A DNA stretch of 64,000 bases from Malacoraja senta (taxonomy: Eukaryota). Positions 51,700 through 64,000 of the stretch are shown piece by piece. The stretch is taken from positions 14,572,001 to 14,636,000 of the forward strand of contig CM075990.1 in NCBI GenBank assembly GCA_038087875.1, given 5' to 3'. How positions within the stretch are numbered: position 1 is the stretch's first letter; the number at the start of each line of letters is the position of its first letter. The notes under the pieces were generated by a model, which searched no databases, was not told the DNA's origin, and saw only the letters and a program-made list of their open reading frames with translations. Made by a program: the position numbers and the translations under genes.

Positions 51700-52470
51700 C
51701 TGCCATCCAGGGAGTTAAACAGCTTTTCCAGGTCTGCATTGATTTGCATGAATCTCCTTCACCTTGTCTACTGTGTTTGATGCTCCCGATATGGCCTCCG
51801 CTAATTTTCTTTCTCCTCAGATCACCAGCTTGTTGTATACAATGACCACCCTAAGCTCCAAGATGTATGGCATGACAATTCCCCTTCCCATCCCCATAGC
51901 GACTTGTCCTCCCTTGGCCTTCACCATTGCCAGGATAAAGCCGAATGCAAACTAAAGGAACCTTACCAATGGTATGAATGTTGAACTATCCAATTTAAGG
52001 CCACCCTCCCCTCCAATGTGCCCTCATCCCCTCTCTCACTCTCACCTTTCAGTATTCATCCACACCCAGACACACTTCACCTCTAGGCATCTCCTTCTCC
52101 CCATCTGTTTCCATCGGCTGGTCACCTCTTCCTGAATGGTTTCCATTCTTTTCATATTCCAACATTAGTAGCCTTAGTATTCCAGCTAATCACCCTCCAT
52201 CAGTTATCTCCACCTTCACCTACCCCCTCCCCCTCCCCCACCCCCTCTCCCTTGATCTGCCGTTATTCATTTAGGTTACCTCCATCTAACACCCACCTTC
52301 CCCAGTTCCACCCCTCTGCCCCTCCTACCTGGCTGCATCTGCCTGTCATCCTTCACCCCTCCTGGGTCCACTGCTCACCTCCAGCTCCCCCTCGCCTCTT
52401 TACGCTGTCTATTTCCCCTCTCCTCTTTCAGATGCTGCTTGACCTGCGGAGCTTCCCCAGCAGATTAATA
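51700..52470 (+). mobile_element. Degenerate Penelope GIY-YIG and 3' region
   Basis: Similar to 16410-16860 (TTGTCTACTGTGTTTGATGCTCCCGATATGGCCTCC; pyrimidine tract). Confidence 0.6.
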
Positions 52471-53261
52471 GGCATATCACCACTTGCGTCATTCCGTTTC
52501 ACATTGTATCGATGCTCTCCGTTCCCTCATCTGCAACTTAAAACGGGTGTGATTTCCAACTATTCCTCAATCTGTGAAAGATCACAAATGTTGTTTCACT
52601 GCTAATATTACACACCTAATCACACCTAATCTGCAGAACACAAGAATCTGGAAAACCTCCCCAATTTCTCTGATGTTCATTCAAAGATAGCATGCATGAA
52701 TGAGTGTAACCATTCCATATGCAAGGATTTATTGGCAGCATCATATCAAATATATCTGCACACAAAGTCTCGGATAAATAAAAGCAAATTTGTAATTACT
52801 GTAATAAATATTTCCTAGTTCTAAACTGAAAATGATATAGATTGCATTAAACTAAACTGACAATACTAGGGCAATTTAATGTATAATTTTTAAAAATCTC
52901 TCTTTCTGCTTTGTGGAAAGGATTTTCTGCTGGCCTGAGGAAAGATTCCTTCATTGTTTATGAGGAAGTGGCTACTTACTGCAGATGGTTTATTTTCACT
53001 ATTATTCACTCATTGGGGGCCTGCCTGGTGCCATATCTCTATATTCAATGGCAATATTATGCAGCACTGTAGTACAATTACAGTGTGTACTGTATTACAA
53101 TTATTTTGTAAATTAATCTCTAGGTCTTCTTTGAGACTTCTCTGGAGCAATGAAAACATTTGAAATTCTGCTTGAAGTAGGTGGAACACTATAATGCCAT
53201 CACCAACGTCAGCTCTTTAAAACTAAATGGCTGTAACATTTGCGGGCAAGGAGAGGGGTGT

Positions 53262-53568
53262 GTTTAGTTTTAGTTTAGAGATACACTCATCGGCCTACTG
53301 GGCCCACGATGACCATCCATCACCCGTTCACACTAGTTCTATGTTATTCCACTTTCTCATCCAGTCCCTACACATTAGGAGCAATTTACAAGGGCCAATT
53401 AACCTACAAACTTATAGGGTGTGGGAGGAAACCGGAGCACCCAGAGAAAACCCACATGGTTATGGAGAGCATGCAAACTCCACACAGAGAGCACCAGAGT
53501 TCAGGATCAAACCTGGGTCTCTGGCCCTATGACTCAGCAGCTCTACCAGCTGTGCCACTGCGCTGTCC
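53262..53568 (-). mobile_element. tRNA-derived SINE
   Basis: (TTTAG) tail, core and head in reverse. Confidence 0.8.
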
Positions 53569-54742
53569 TGATACGGATCACTAGAAGCTCATTTCATGCT
53601 GAGTATCACCCTTCAACAAATGGGATCGTTAGATTCTATCTCTTTCTTCAAATATTAATATTAACTTGTTTATTCGTTGAGTAGTTGAATGCAGTTCCCA
53701 TAAAAGGAATAGGTGATGTTTCGGGTCAAATCCCTTCTTCAGACCGAGGAACAAGGGAAAGGGAAACTAGAGGTATGCAAGTCTTTTGATACTGATTGAT
53801 AGGTTCTTGATTAGTAAGGGCATCAAAGGTTACAGGGAGAAGGCAGGAGAATGGGGTTGAGAAGGAAAAAATGATCAAATGGCATAGCAGATTTGATGGG
53901 CTGAATGGCCTAATTCTGCTTCTATGTCTTATGGTCTTACGACTAACAGAACATTATGGTACCAATTTGTCTTTTGAACTTGGAGACACGAGGAACTGCA
54001 TTTGCTGGAATCTTGTATCTGAAGAAGGATCCCGACCTGAAACATCATCTGTCCATTTCCTCCACAGATGTTAGTACCACAGTCTCCTACTCCATCTCCC
54101 CATCCTGGACGTGTATAAAACACTCAGCTAGAAAGCTTCATTCTAAAGCAGTCAATATTTGTTTAACATACATGTCCATTAAACATTGTTAAAGTATGAT
54201 CACTTAGCAACATTCCAGTTTGTTATCTTGCATTGTCATTAGTTACAGTGCAAATAGATTTGTATGATCTAAATGGCGGAAAATAAATACTTGTTTCCAA
54301 TTAACATCTGAATCGGAAGGTTTTTGATAGACAGGGGTGGTATTGATGCCTTATTGTATTGGAGAATGGGATTTTTTAAACCTTCATCCTCTGTAATTTC
54401 TTATAATTTTCTGTTATCACGGAGACATTGCATAACAAACAGCATGAAAACGGCCTTTCAGCACATTGTGTGAATGCCGACCTTGCTCTTGTTTCAATAT
54501 AAATGGTTAATTTAATAATTGAGTCAATCACTAGCACTGATTTTTGGCGCATTTGGAATCTGCGCATTGTTGTGGTAAGCATATTTTTAGAAATTATTAT
54601 TTAGCTTCTCCAGAATTAAAATATTACTTAGAGCACTTATCTTCTGTCGCACTGCTTTGCGAAAAGCACAGGTAACAATCTTCTAAACATAGGTCCCTTA
54701 TCGAACAGTACAAGGAGAATAAATATGATAAATTATTAAGGA

Positions 54743-55380
54743 AATAGACAATAGACAATAGGTGCAGGAGTAGGCCATTTGGCCCTTCGAGCCAGCACCG
54801 CCATTCAATGTGATCATGGCTGATCATCCCCAATCAGTACCCCGTTCCTGCCTTCTCCCCATATCCCCTGACTCTGCTATTTTTAAGAGCCCTATCTAGC
54901 TCTCTCTTGAAAGCATCCAGAGAACCTGCCTCCACCGCCCTCTGAGGCAGAGAATTCCACAGACTCACCACTCTCTGTGAGAAAAAGTGTTTCCTCGTCT
55001 CCGTTCTAAATGGCTTACTCTTAATGGCCCCTGGTTCTGGACTCCCCCAACATCGGGAACATGTTTCCTGCCTCTAGCGTGTCCAAGCCCTTAACAATCT
55101 TATATGTTTCAATGAGATCCCCTCTCATCCTTCTAAACTCCAGAGTGTACAAGCCCAGCTGCTCCATTCTCTCAGCATATGACAGTCCCGCCATCCTGGG
55201 AATTAACCTTGTAAACCTACGCTGCACTCCCTCAATAGCAAGAATGTCCTTCCTCAAATTAGGGGACCAAAACTGCACACAATACTCCAGGTGTGGTCTC
55301 ACTAGGGCTGTGTACAACTGCAGAAGGACCTCTTTGCTCCTATATTCGATTCCTCTTGTTATAAAGGCCAACATGCCTTT
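54743..55380 (-). mobile_element. Young CR1 3' fragment
   Basis: GMLAFITRGIEYRSKEVLLQLYTALVRPHLEYCVQFWSP...; (TATTGTC)n tail. Confidence 0.95.
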
Positions 55381-55963
55381 GTGAGGATACCACATTTTTT
55401 GTAGAGAAAAAGTCCCTGGTCTACATGTCAATTAAAAATTAAGCCACATTTATCAACACTTTATTTCCCATCAATATACGCTCCTCTTCTGTTTTGATTT
55501 TGTGATCAATCAACTTCAAATTTAGTAAACTAACATGTATAAAACCAATACATGTAAAAAATAAACAGATTATTAAAATAACATACCATATAACCATATA
55601 TAACCATATAACCATAACAGCACGGAAACAGGCCATCTCGGCCCTTTTTTTTTTTCATACACAAAATCATTTACTGGAGGTGCTTTTTTAGCGGTGCTGT
55701 TACGCTGAACCTACGCGTACTGTCTTGCATTGCGTGTGAGTTTTTTGGCATTCACGTGGTCACTGATAGTTCAATCTTCCAAATTGCCCTCACCACCTTC
55801 ATTCCAATGTTGGATCCTGTGGACCAGGTGCCGAGTGCCAATTCTCTGAAGTTTATCATCAGTTTGTTGGGAAAACATTCTGCAGGCAGACACTTTCTAT
55901 TGGTTCTGTGGAATTCTTTGGCCAAGTCAGTGGATATTTTTAAGGCAGAAATAGATAGATTCT

Positions 55964-56389
55964 TTTTTTTTTTTTTTTAATTTTTATTTATTAGAAGTAC
56001 ATTACATTACAACCACATACATTAATACTCGTCATTTATATCTTCTTACAATTAATGTACTCCCTTTATTTATTTTTTTACACTAGAAAAGGAAAAGATT
56101 GAAAGAAAGAAGAAAGTGAAGGAAAAAGTGAAAGTGTAGAAAAGTGTAGAAAATGTAACAACAAAAAAGGACGAAGACCCTATAAGAGCGAAATTAAAAA
56201 CAAAAGAAAAAGAGTTAAGAAATAGGCCCTAGGAAAAAAAAGAGAAAGAGAGAGAGGAAAAAAAAAAAAGAAAAATATATATTTTTTTGAGCATTACGTA
56301 AATAGGACATACCAACTCTTCAAATATCATCCCCCCTTACCTGACCTCAATTTTTTTTATTTTTTTTAAAGTACTTTTGCACCCTATGT
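55964..56389 (-). mobile_element. Poly(A)-tailed retroposed insert (L1/Tx1-type 3' UTR) inside a CR1
   Basis: 17-bp TSD GAAATAGATAGATTCTT; poly(T) and TTTATT (AATAAA on the minus strand) at the left end. Confidence 0.8.
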
Positions 56390-57255
56390 GAAATAGATAG
56401 ATTCTTGATTAATACGGGTGTCAGAGGTTATGGGGAGATGGCAGTGGAATGGGGTTAGGAGGAAGAGATAGATCAGCCATGATTGAATGGCAGATTAGAC
56501 TTGATGGCCCTATTCCTTATGACATGGTTCAGTAACTACATTCATTTCAAGTGGAGAACAATGACTTTGGGGGAGAGAGACAAGCTCTTTTGTCAGTCGA
56601 GTCAACTTAAATGTTTTTGACTATTTTATGTTTTTAAAAGAAAATCAAAATACATTTAAAATATTGTGTTAACTTTGACTGCTGATGGGTCTGAGTCTTA
56701 ACTAGTCTTAAGGCATTTCGAAGGATGGAGCTGGCTTTTTTCAGTGGATAAGAGTCACGTACTTGGTTGGTCCAACAATTTGGTTCTCCAACCCTATTTC
56801 ATCTATTGTCACTCCCTTATCTATTCCTTTATATCATCCAAAAACACCAATCTCTAATCTACAGGAATTATTCCATAATCTATAGAATTTTGGAAGATTA
56901 TAAACATTATTACCATGGCTACCTCTTTTGGATTGCAGAGTATGAGGTCCTGGAGATATGGCAGCTTTCAATCCTTTAATATCCTTAACACTACTCATCA
57001 CAAAAAAAAATCCTTCAATCTACTAATTTATTAGATTCTTAAGAATTTCTGGATAGCTATATATGTTTTCTTCTGTAAGGACCAAAGTAATTGTTTAATT
57101 GTTCTACCATTTCTTTGTTCCTTAGTTATTATAAATTCTTCTTTTTTCTGACTGCAAGGGATCAAACTTTGTCTTCAGTATTCTTTTGTACTTTTTGCAC
57201 AGAAGCCTTTGAAGGTTTGTCTTCAAACTAGTTTCCTTCTATCAATTAAATTCAG

Positions 57256-57309
57256 GGGGTGGAAGATTGCAACCTTCATGTGGTCCGCCCTGTTTCCACG
57301 AATGCAATC
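57256..57309 (+). ncRNA. Predicted minimal HDV-like ribozyme (54 nt)
   Basis: P1, P2 and P3 intact as in the 32918 copy; L3 UUCAUGU; UUCCA linker; CGAA. Confidence 0.78.
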
Positions 57310-57399
57310 AACCTGACGTGCACAATCAAATAAGGTCAAATAGAACAAGTTGTCCTCCAACTTTAGGCTGTGCACGCCATACGCAAGAAGAAGGAGAAG
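57256..57399 (+). mobile_element. Ribozyme-headed short retroposon
   Basis: TSD AATTAAATTC(A/G)G at 57244-57255 and 57400-57411; (AAG)n tail. Confidence 0.9.
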
Positions 57400-57412
57400 A
57401 ATTAAATTCGGG

Positions 57413-57665
57413 ATGGACAAAAATGCTGGAGAAACTCAGTGGGTGAGGCAGCATCTATGGAGCGTAGGTACACAAAAATGCTGGAGAAACTCAGCGGGTG
57501 CAGCAGCATCTATGGAGCGAAGGAGATAGGCAACGTTTTGGGCCGAAACCCTTCTTCAGAATCCATTCTTCAGATCTATGCTCCATAGATGCTGCCTCAC
57601 CCGCTGAGTTTCCCCAGCATTTTTGTCTACCTTTGATTTTCCAGCATCTGCAGTTCCTTCTTAAA
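57413..57665. mobile_element. Nested or fold-back Penelope terminal units
   Basis: Two reverse units followed by a forward unit. Confidence 0.8.
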
Positions 57666-58077
57666 AATCAAATTCAGAATCCTTTTTGATAAATCCCAAA
57701 CTGCTCCAGATCCTCGGGCCTTCTACTTTCTCTGGTAATTTTATTAACTTCTATTTGGATCGAATGCGACCTTGAACTACTTTTGTTAGCTATAGATGGG
57801 CCACTTTTCCTTTTGTGCTTTTGCTCCATAATGAAATCCATAACTATTCCACTTCTTGTATTCATTCCTTAAATATTCCTCATAGCATTACCAAGCACCA
57901 TCATGTTTTTCAGTAAAGATTGCCTATCCATCATAGCTAACTCACTCCTCATTACTTTATAGTTTTCTTTATTTAGATTTAGAACACTGGTTTCAGATTG
58001 AGTGACCTATCTTACTGAAAATTTCTATCACATTATGGTCACTCTTCCCTGAAGGACCTGCACAGCAAGATTATTAA

Positions 58078-58517
58078 AGGGCCTGTTCCACTTACGCGAT
58101 TTTTTTTTGCAACTTGCCGGCATAGTCTGGATGGTCATAAGTAGGCGTGCAAAGAGTTGTACCTTTTTCTGGTCGCCGCTGGAAACAGGGTTGCAATCTT
58201 ATATAACCCCATTATTTAAAAAAGATTATATTTTCTATATAACTCCAGATATTACAGAATCGACTAGCCGATGGGAAGGTTAGCTACAGAGCTGGGGAAC
58301 TACAGATCATTTGGCCTAACAATAGTAAGGATGAAAATGTTAGAGATGTTATATAACTGGACACTGAAAAATTGTCAGTGGAATTAGACAATGTCAAAAT
58401 GGATTTATGAAAGGGAAATCAAGTTTGACAAACCTGTTGAAAATTGTCGGCGACCTGCTTCGACTATGACGGGTGCCGGCAAGTTGACGAAAAAATTGCG
58501 TAAGTGGAACAGGCCCT
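58078..58517. mobile_element. PIF/Harbinger-type MITE carrying a CR1 RT fragment
   Basis: TIR AGGGCCTGTTCCACTTACGC.ATTTTTT and its inverse; perfect TAA TSD. Confidence 0.9.
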
Positions 58518-59177
58518 TAACAAAACTCTTTGCATTGTACAATAAACTCTGTCCTCCAGTTGACTCCCTGATGTATTGGTCTACAAAATTATTTTGCACA
58601 CATTCAGGAATTTATTATTCACAGTATTATAGAAGTATTTATTTTGTCCAGTCTGCATGTAGATTAATGTCACCCCTTATTACTGTAGTGCCCTTTATAT
58701 GTGCATCTTTAATTTCCTGGTTGATGTTCCCAGTGCTTTTCTGTAGATAAAAAATATACCAGAATGCATATTGTTCCTTGTTGTTAAAAAGTCTACAGCA
58801 GAACCTCATCCAAAAAGCTGTGTAAGGTATTTAAGGATATCAGCATCTAATTCAATTAACAAATTCTGTTTTTTAAACTTTGGTGATATTTTTGTAGTAA
58901 TAATAATTTGAAAATCTAGTTTAAAACTTTTTAGAGGTGTCGGCGTGCCATAGGATACCATCCTCTATTACTTTTCCAAATTGGATGCGCATGAAACAAC
59001 TCTCTGGTTGGCATGGGCAGGTTGGGTTGAAGGACCTGTTTCCATACTGTATGCCCCACCAATATTTTCTGTCCCTTGGTGTTCCTCAGTTCCATTCAGT
59101 TTCATTTCGATTTTCTGAGCCAATGTCTCTTCTCACTACTCTGATGTCATCCTTCACTAACAAGACCTGCTCACTTA

Positions 59178-59415
59178 AGGGCCTGTCCCACTTTCACGAC
59201 CTAATTCACGACCTCTGCCGAATTTGCCCTTGACTCATACTCGCAGCATGGTCGTCACGAGATCGTAGGAGGTCGTGGGTAGGTCGTAGGTAGGTCATGA
59301 TGCTAGTCGTAGGTACTCGTGGCATCAAGTGGGTCGGGGCGTTTTTCTAGCCTGATGAAAAATGTCCACGAGTAAAAACGGTCGTGAATTAGGTCATGAT
59401 GGTGGGACAGGCCCT
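59178..59415. mobile_element. PIF/Harbinger-type MITE
   Basis: TIR AGGGCCTGTCCCAC...GACCTAATTCACGACC and its inverse; perfect TTA TSD. Confidence 0.92.
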
Positions 59416-59631
59416 TTACTTTTCATTTTTCCTCTGAGTGCAAACAAATTTTATTGTTGTGCATACATTATTAGTCAGTCGTAGAGTTGTACAGGCCCTT
59501 TGGCCCAACTTGCCACGCTGATCCACATGTCCACATCCACGTGCCCCATCTACACCAGTACACTGCACTCCTTTATATGCATTAGGACCTTCAGCACCTC
59601 CTCAATCGTAACACTGACGGCCTTCAAGACG

Positions 59632-59798
59632 CTCTTCCCAATTCTCCCATCTGTCTTACTGTCTCCGCCTACATTCTATCTTCAACCCGTCCCCTCCCCT
59701 GACATCAGTCTGAAGAAGGGTCTCGACCCGAAACGTCGCCCATTCCTTCTCACCAGAGATGCTACCTCACCTGCTGAGTTACTCCAGCATTTTGTGTT
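59632..59798 (+). mobile_element. Penelope 3' end with intact hammerhead-core motif
   Basis: CTGAAGAAGGGTCTCGACCCGAAACGTC at 59710-59737; GCCTTCAAGAC on both flanks. Confidence 0.82.
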
Positions 59799-59929
59799 TG
59801 CCTTCAAGACACTTCCATTGACTGCTCCGAGTTCCCCTTTACCCGTGTCTTTATCAACAGTAAAAAAAAAACTCATTAAGGTATCTTCTATGGTTCGCAA
59901 CAGAACCACTTTGATTCCTGAGGGGCTCC

Positions 59930-61285
59930 ACTCTCTCTCTCTGGTTACCCATTTCCCCTTTATATACATGAAATATCTTGGGATTGTCCTTAATATTTAT
60001 CTGCCAGAGTTATCTCCAGTCTCCCTTTTGCTTCCTGATTTCTTTTCATAGTGCACTCAGTTTGCAAAACTCCTCTCCAGGGATACACTTGATCCCAGCT
60101 GCCTAGACCTGCCCCAATGCATCTCCTTATTTTTGACCAGAGCCTCAATTTCTCTCATCGTCCAAACTTCCTTATCCCCATCTGCCAGGTCCTGGAGTCT
60201 TGGCAGTACCCTTTTTAAAAACATCCCACTTTCTGCACATTCTTTGTCCTTCCAACAACCTGCTCCAATCAACTTGAGCAGGTCAACTTAGATCCTATCT
60301 AATACCTTCAAAATTGGCTTTGCCCCAGTTTAGAATTTTAACTTGAGGGCGCACCCTGTCTCTATCCGTAACTATCTTAAACTTAATAGAACAGTGGTCA
60401 CTGGTCCCTAAAAGCCCATCAACAAACATTTTGTCCACTTATCCCTCCCAATTTTCTAAGACTAGATCGAGCATTGCCCTCTCCTATGAAGTGCCTTCTA
60501 CATATTGCCTGAGGAAACTTTGCTGACCAAATTTAACAAATTCTGCCCCATCTAAACTTTTTGCACTGTGACATTACCCAGTCAATATTGGGAAAGTTAA
60601 AATCTCCTATTACAACAACCTTATTAGTCCTGCAGTTACCTGCGATCTCCTGACATTTTTGCTTGTCTAATTCTTGTTGACTATTTGAGGACCTGTATCA
60701 CACTCCAAGTAGGGCAATCATCCCTTTCATATTTCTCAGCTCCACCCATATCACCTCACTGGACAAACCATCAGTAATGTCATCTCTGACTACTGACGTT
60801 ACATTCTCCTTAATCAATAAAGCAATACCTCCTTCTCTTTTACTCCCACCTCTGTCTCCCCTGAAGCACCTGTACCCTGGGACATTAAGCTGCCTGTCCT
60901 ATCCCTCTCTTAACCAGGTTTCTGTAATGGCTATGATGTCCCAGTTCCACGTACCTTATCAATGCCCTGGGTGCACCTGCCTTGTCTGTCAGGCCTCTCG
61001 CATTAAAATACGTGCAATTCAAACCAACAGTCCTTTCTCACTGATAGACACACAATGCTGGAGTAACACAGCGGGACAGGCAGCATGTCTGGAGAGAAGG
61101 AATGGGTGACGTTTCGGGTCGAGACCCTTCTTCAGACTGGTCCTTTCAGAGTGAGCCCTTTCTCACTCCCTGCCTTTCTCCTGCCTATTCTGTCCATTAC
61201 ATGTCCTCTCATTAGTGCTCATACCATCTTTTCCCCTGTATTGGTCCTGCATAGGGTCCCACCCCCTACCAATCTAGTTTAAATC
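59930..61285 (-). mobile_element. Old CR1 ORF2 N-terminal (endonuclease) region
   Basis: Degenerate CR1 endonuclease sequence (GGAAAGTTAAAATCTCC = GDFNF on the minus strand); Penelope unit nested at 61044-61138. Confidence 0.65.
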
Positions 61286-62989
61286 TAGTTCATAGGTCAA
61301 TGACTTTCTAGTTCATGGGTCAAGGAATTTCTCCTTGAACAACCCCAACTCCTCAAATAAACGATTCAGTTTCACTTGTGATAGTGGAGTCAGGTACAAT
61401 AGTGGTGGTTAAGAAGCTTTAAGATAGGCACGTAGATATGCATGGAATGAAGGGATATGGATCACGGGCAGGCAGAGGAGATTGGTTTAATTTGATGTCA
61501 TGTTGGGGATGGTCATTGTGAGCTGAAGTGCCTGTTCCTGTGCTGTACTGTTCTATGTTCCATGTTGCTCAATCATCCCACGACAAGAGTAAGATATCTG
61601 GTTGCACCATCTATTTTTATCAATGTGGCAAGCATTGTACAGAAGTTATGACAATGTTTGTTTAAATTAATTGATGATCTCGGGTAATTGGGTTATTGTT
61701 ATATACCATTAGAAATTTTAGTCTATTGAACAATGTAATAAATAGTCCCTTTGAATAATAACTTTGCTACTAATTGTGAACTGTAGGATTAAAATTAAAA
61801 ATGGTGTGATTTATAATAGTTATCAATGATTGCTAGGTGCTGCCATTTGACAGTTTTTGTTTTATATGTTTATCTACCGTACAATGATAGGCTTGGGAAA
61901 TTAACATAATATTGATCAGAATAAAACATCTGTGAACTTAAAAAAAAAAAAGCATACTTAAAATACTGCATTCTCTACTAATTAAATACTTGAATAAAAC
62001 GTCAGGAGAAATTGATTGCAAGTAATTAAAAATGATCCACTTAGGACAACTGTACAGTTTTGTTCCTTTGATTGTTCAATTCCCAAAGGTTTTGGCATCG
62101 TTCTTCTCTTGTAGTTCAAGGTATCTAGATGGTGTCATTATTCATAATGTCACATTGCATTGTTCTGGCTTGAAAGCAGCAATTTGAAATAGACTAACGC
62201 ATGGATTACAATGGAACTTGTGCAATTATATATACAAAAAAAAAGACAAATATCTCTTGAAGAATAGAAGAACTTAAAACGCATGCACGCCACAAGCTGC
62301 ATAAATGGTAACAGGCCCCGCTAATGCCATTATTGTGGTGCAGAAATATATAAATATTGTAATTATACGGTATGCATCAAAACTGATGTACACACATTAT
62401 AATTCTGTGTGTTGTGTATATACTTGTGTAACAAGAGCACATAACTGTCATCCTTGGAATTAAATGGGATCAGCAATGCACTTCACTGAAGTCTTCCAGC
62501 ATCTTTAATTTCAGCAGCATTGATGGTTTCTGACTCAAGGCGGAATGCAATGACACTGAGACATTTCATACTAGTTCTTAAATCCATTTCCAAAGCTATT
62601 AATTTGAAGAGCATACATTTGGATTGCAGTGCAACGTTCACACATTCTTAAATTATTAATGCACTTTTACATTAAACTTGTTTTCTATTTGTCTGGTCAT
62701 GCAAGCTTCATAACAAATTTTCTTAACACTATGACTGCGGAGTAACGCAGAACATATTTATTTTCTAAATCTGTTTATATTTGTAGTAAATAATTTTCTC
62801 AGTTGCATAGTGTCACCAGTGTGACAAATCTGTGCCACAACTCATCATATTGCGTCTAAAAATGAGAAGAAATAATATGGTGAATATTCTGGGTTATAAT
62901 AAATCACATCATGACAAGGTGACAAGAAGAAAAAAAGCAATATATTAGTATAAAAGTGCAAAGTCCTCAGTGCAGCCAAAACCGTTTGT

Positions 62990-63410
62990 ACTCCATAGAT
63001 TAGTTAGTATTTTGTAGTGTTCAGCAGCCCAATGGTTGTTGGAAAGAAGTTGTTCTTAAACCTGTTGTTCACTTTTTTCAGACTCGTATACTTTCGTCCT
63101 GATGGTAGGAGTGAAATGAGAGTGTGGCCAAGATGGTATGGATCCTTGATGTTGGCTGTCTTTTTGAGGCCACCATCCCTTCAATGATGTGGAGGTCAGT
63201 AGCCATGATGGACAGGGCACAGTACACCACCGTTTGCAATCTCCTTCATTCCTAGGTATTCGAGTTGCCGATCAAGGCCATGTTGGCCCAGTCAATATGC
63301 TCTTTACCATACACCAGTAGAGGTTCAAGAGAGTATTCATCAAGATAGTAAATCTTCTCAATCTTCTAACTAAGTAGAAGTATTGATGGACTTACTTTAT
63401 GATTGTATCA
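62990..63410 (-). mobile_element. Rex1/Babar 3' fragment
   Basis: GGAAAGAAGTTGTTC, CCTGATGGTAG, CAATATGCTCT..ACCAGTAGAGGTT match the reverse of the Rex1 C-terminus. Confidence 0.7.
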
Positions 63411-64000
63411 TAAAGCAATGAGAGAAATTACAGGCATAGTGTTTTTTCTTTTGGAGATGTTGATCAATGTATATTGGCTGGAAGTCTGCTTCTCAGAAGA
63501 TAGAATAGAATCTTATGCATTGAAGAAATTGATAGCTTCTTGGACTAATGCATAATTCCAAGAATGGTGATCTGATAATTCTTCAACCATGAAAAATAAT
63601 GCATGTCCACTTTGAGCATGATTGAGGTTCTGATGTTCACCCATCCAAGATACTGTATAAATGCTGGCACGAATGCTCAAAAAGTTTGTTTGTTTGTGCA
63701 ATCTTCAGCAATTGCCAAAGGAATAGTTTGCAGAGAAAGCATGTTGATTGGAGACGAGGGAGGAGATGATGACTGGAGAAGCCTATCGGTGTGAGTTGGA
63801 ATTAGTTCATTGGGTCTGAGAGGAGGCAGTGGAGACAGGGAAGGGCATTGAAACTGTGACGTGCACATTTGGCAATAAGTAGGAGTCAGTGCCAAATCAG
63901 AAATAACTTAATTTTGATTCAGAAATTTTATGTATTATCCTAGAATGTGATTGTATCCTAAACGTTATACATTTTTTTCTAAATTGCCTGGATTGCTTGC

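Larger units (their letters stand above)
56770..58760 (-). mobile_element. Old CR1 ORF2 remnant carrying several nested insertions
   Basis: Minus-strand IIFQNSIDYGIIPVD*R and FLDDI..IDKG; endonuclease-region remnants on both sides of the MITE at 58078. Confidence 0.65.

Noticed and set aside
59500..60051. 183-aa ORF
   Set aside because: Chance read-through across CR1 and Penelope fragments

Overview
This is vertebrate DNA, not prokaryotic. The repeat set (tRNA-headed V-SINE/HE1-like SINEs with CR1 tails, CR1, Rex1/Babar, very abundant Penelope ends) suggests a cartilaginous fish, probably a skate or ray; that is an inference. I recognise no host protein-coding exon. The window looks like a large intron or intergenic region: nested transposon fragments separated by AT-rich unique blocks. 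Every ORF in the track with a recognisable product is a retroelement fragment (Penelope GIY-YIG, L2 RT, CR1, Rex1, Vingi-like, RTE). The main result is a ~140-bp TSD-flanked retroposon, present in three copies (13508, 32918 minus strand, 57256). Its first 54 nt fold by eye into a minimal, P4-less HDV-like self-cleaving ribozyme with CPEB3-type core residues. Other notable items: hammerhead-core motifs in many Penelope ends, often as fold-back insertions; four PIF/Harbinger MITEs sharing one TIR, one of which holds the segment missing from a neighbouring CR1; and a structured GC-rich non-autonomous retroposon. All family names come from motif recognition, not database searches, and many repeat boundaries are approximate.
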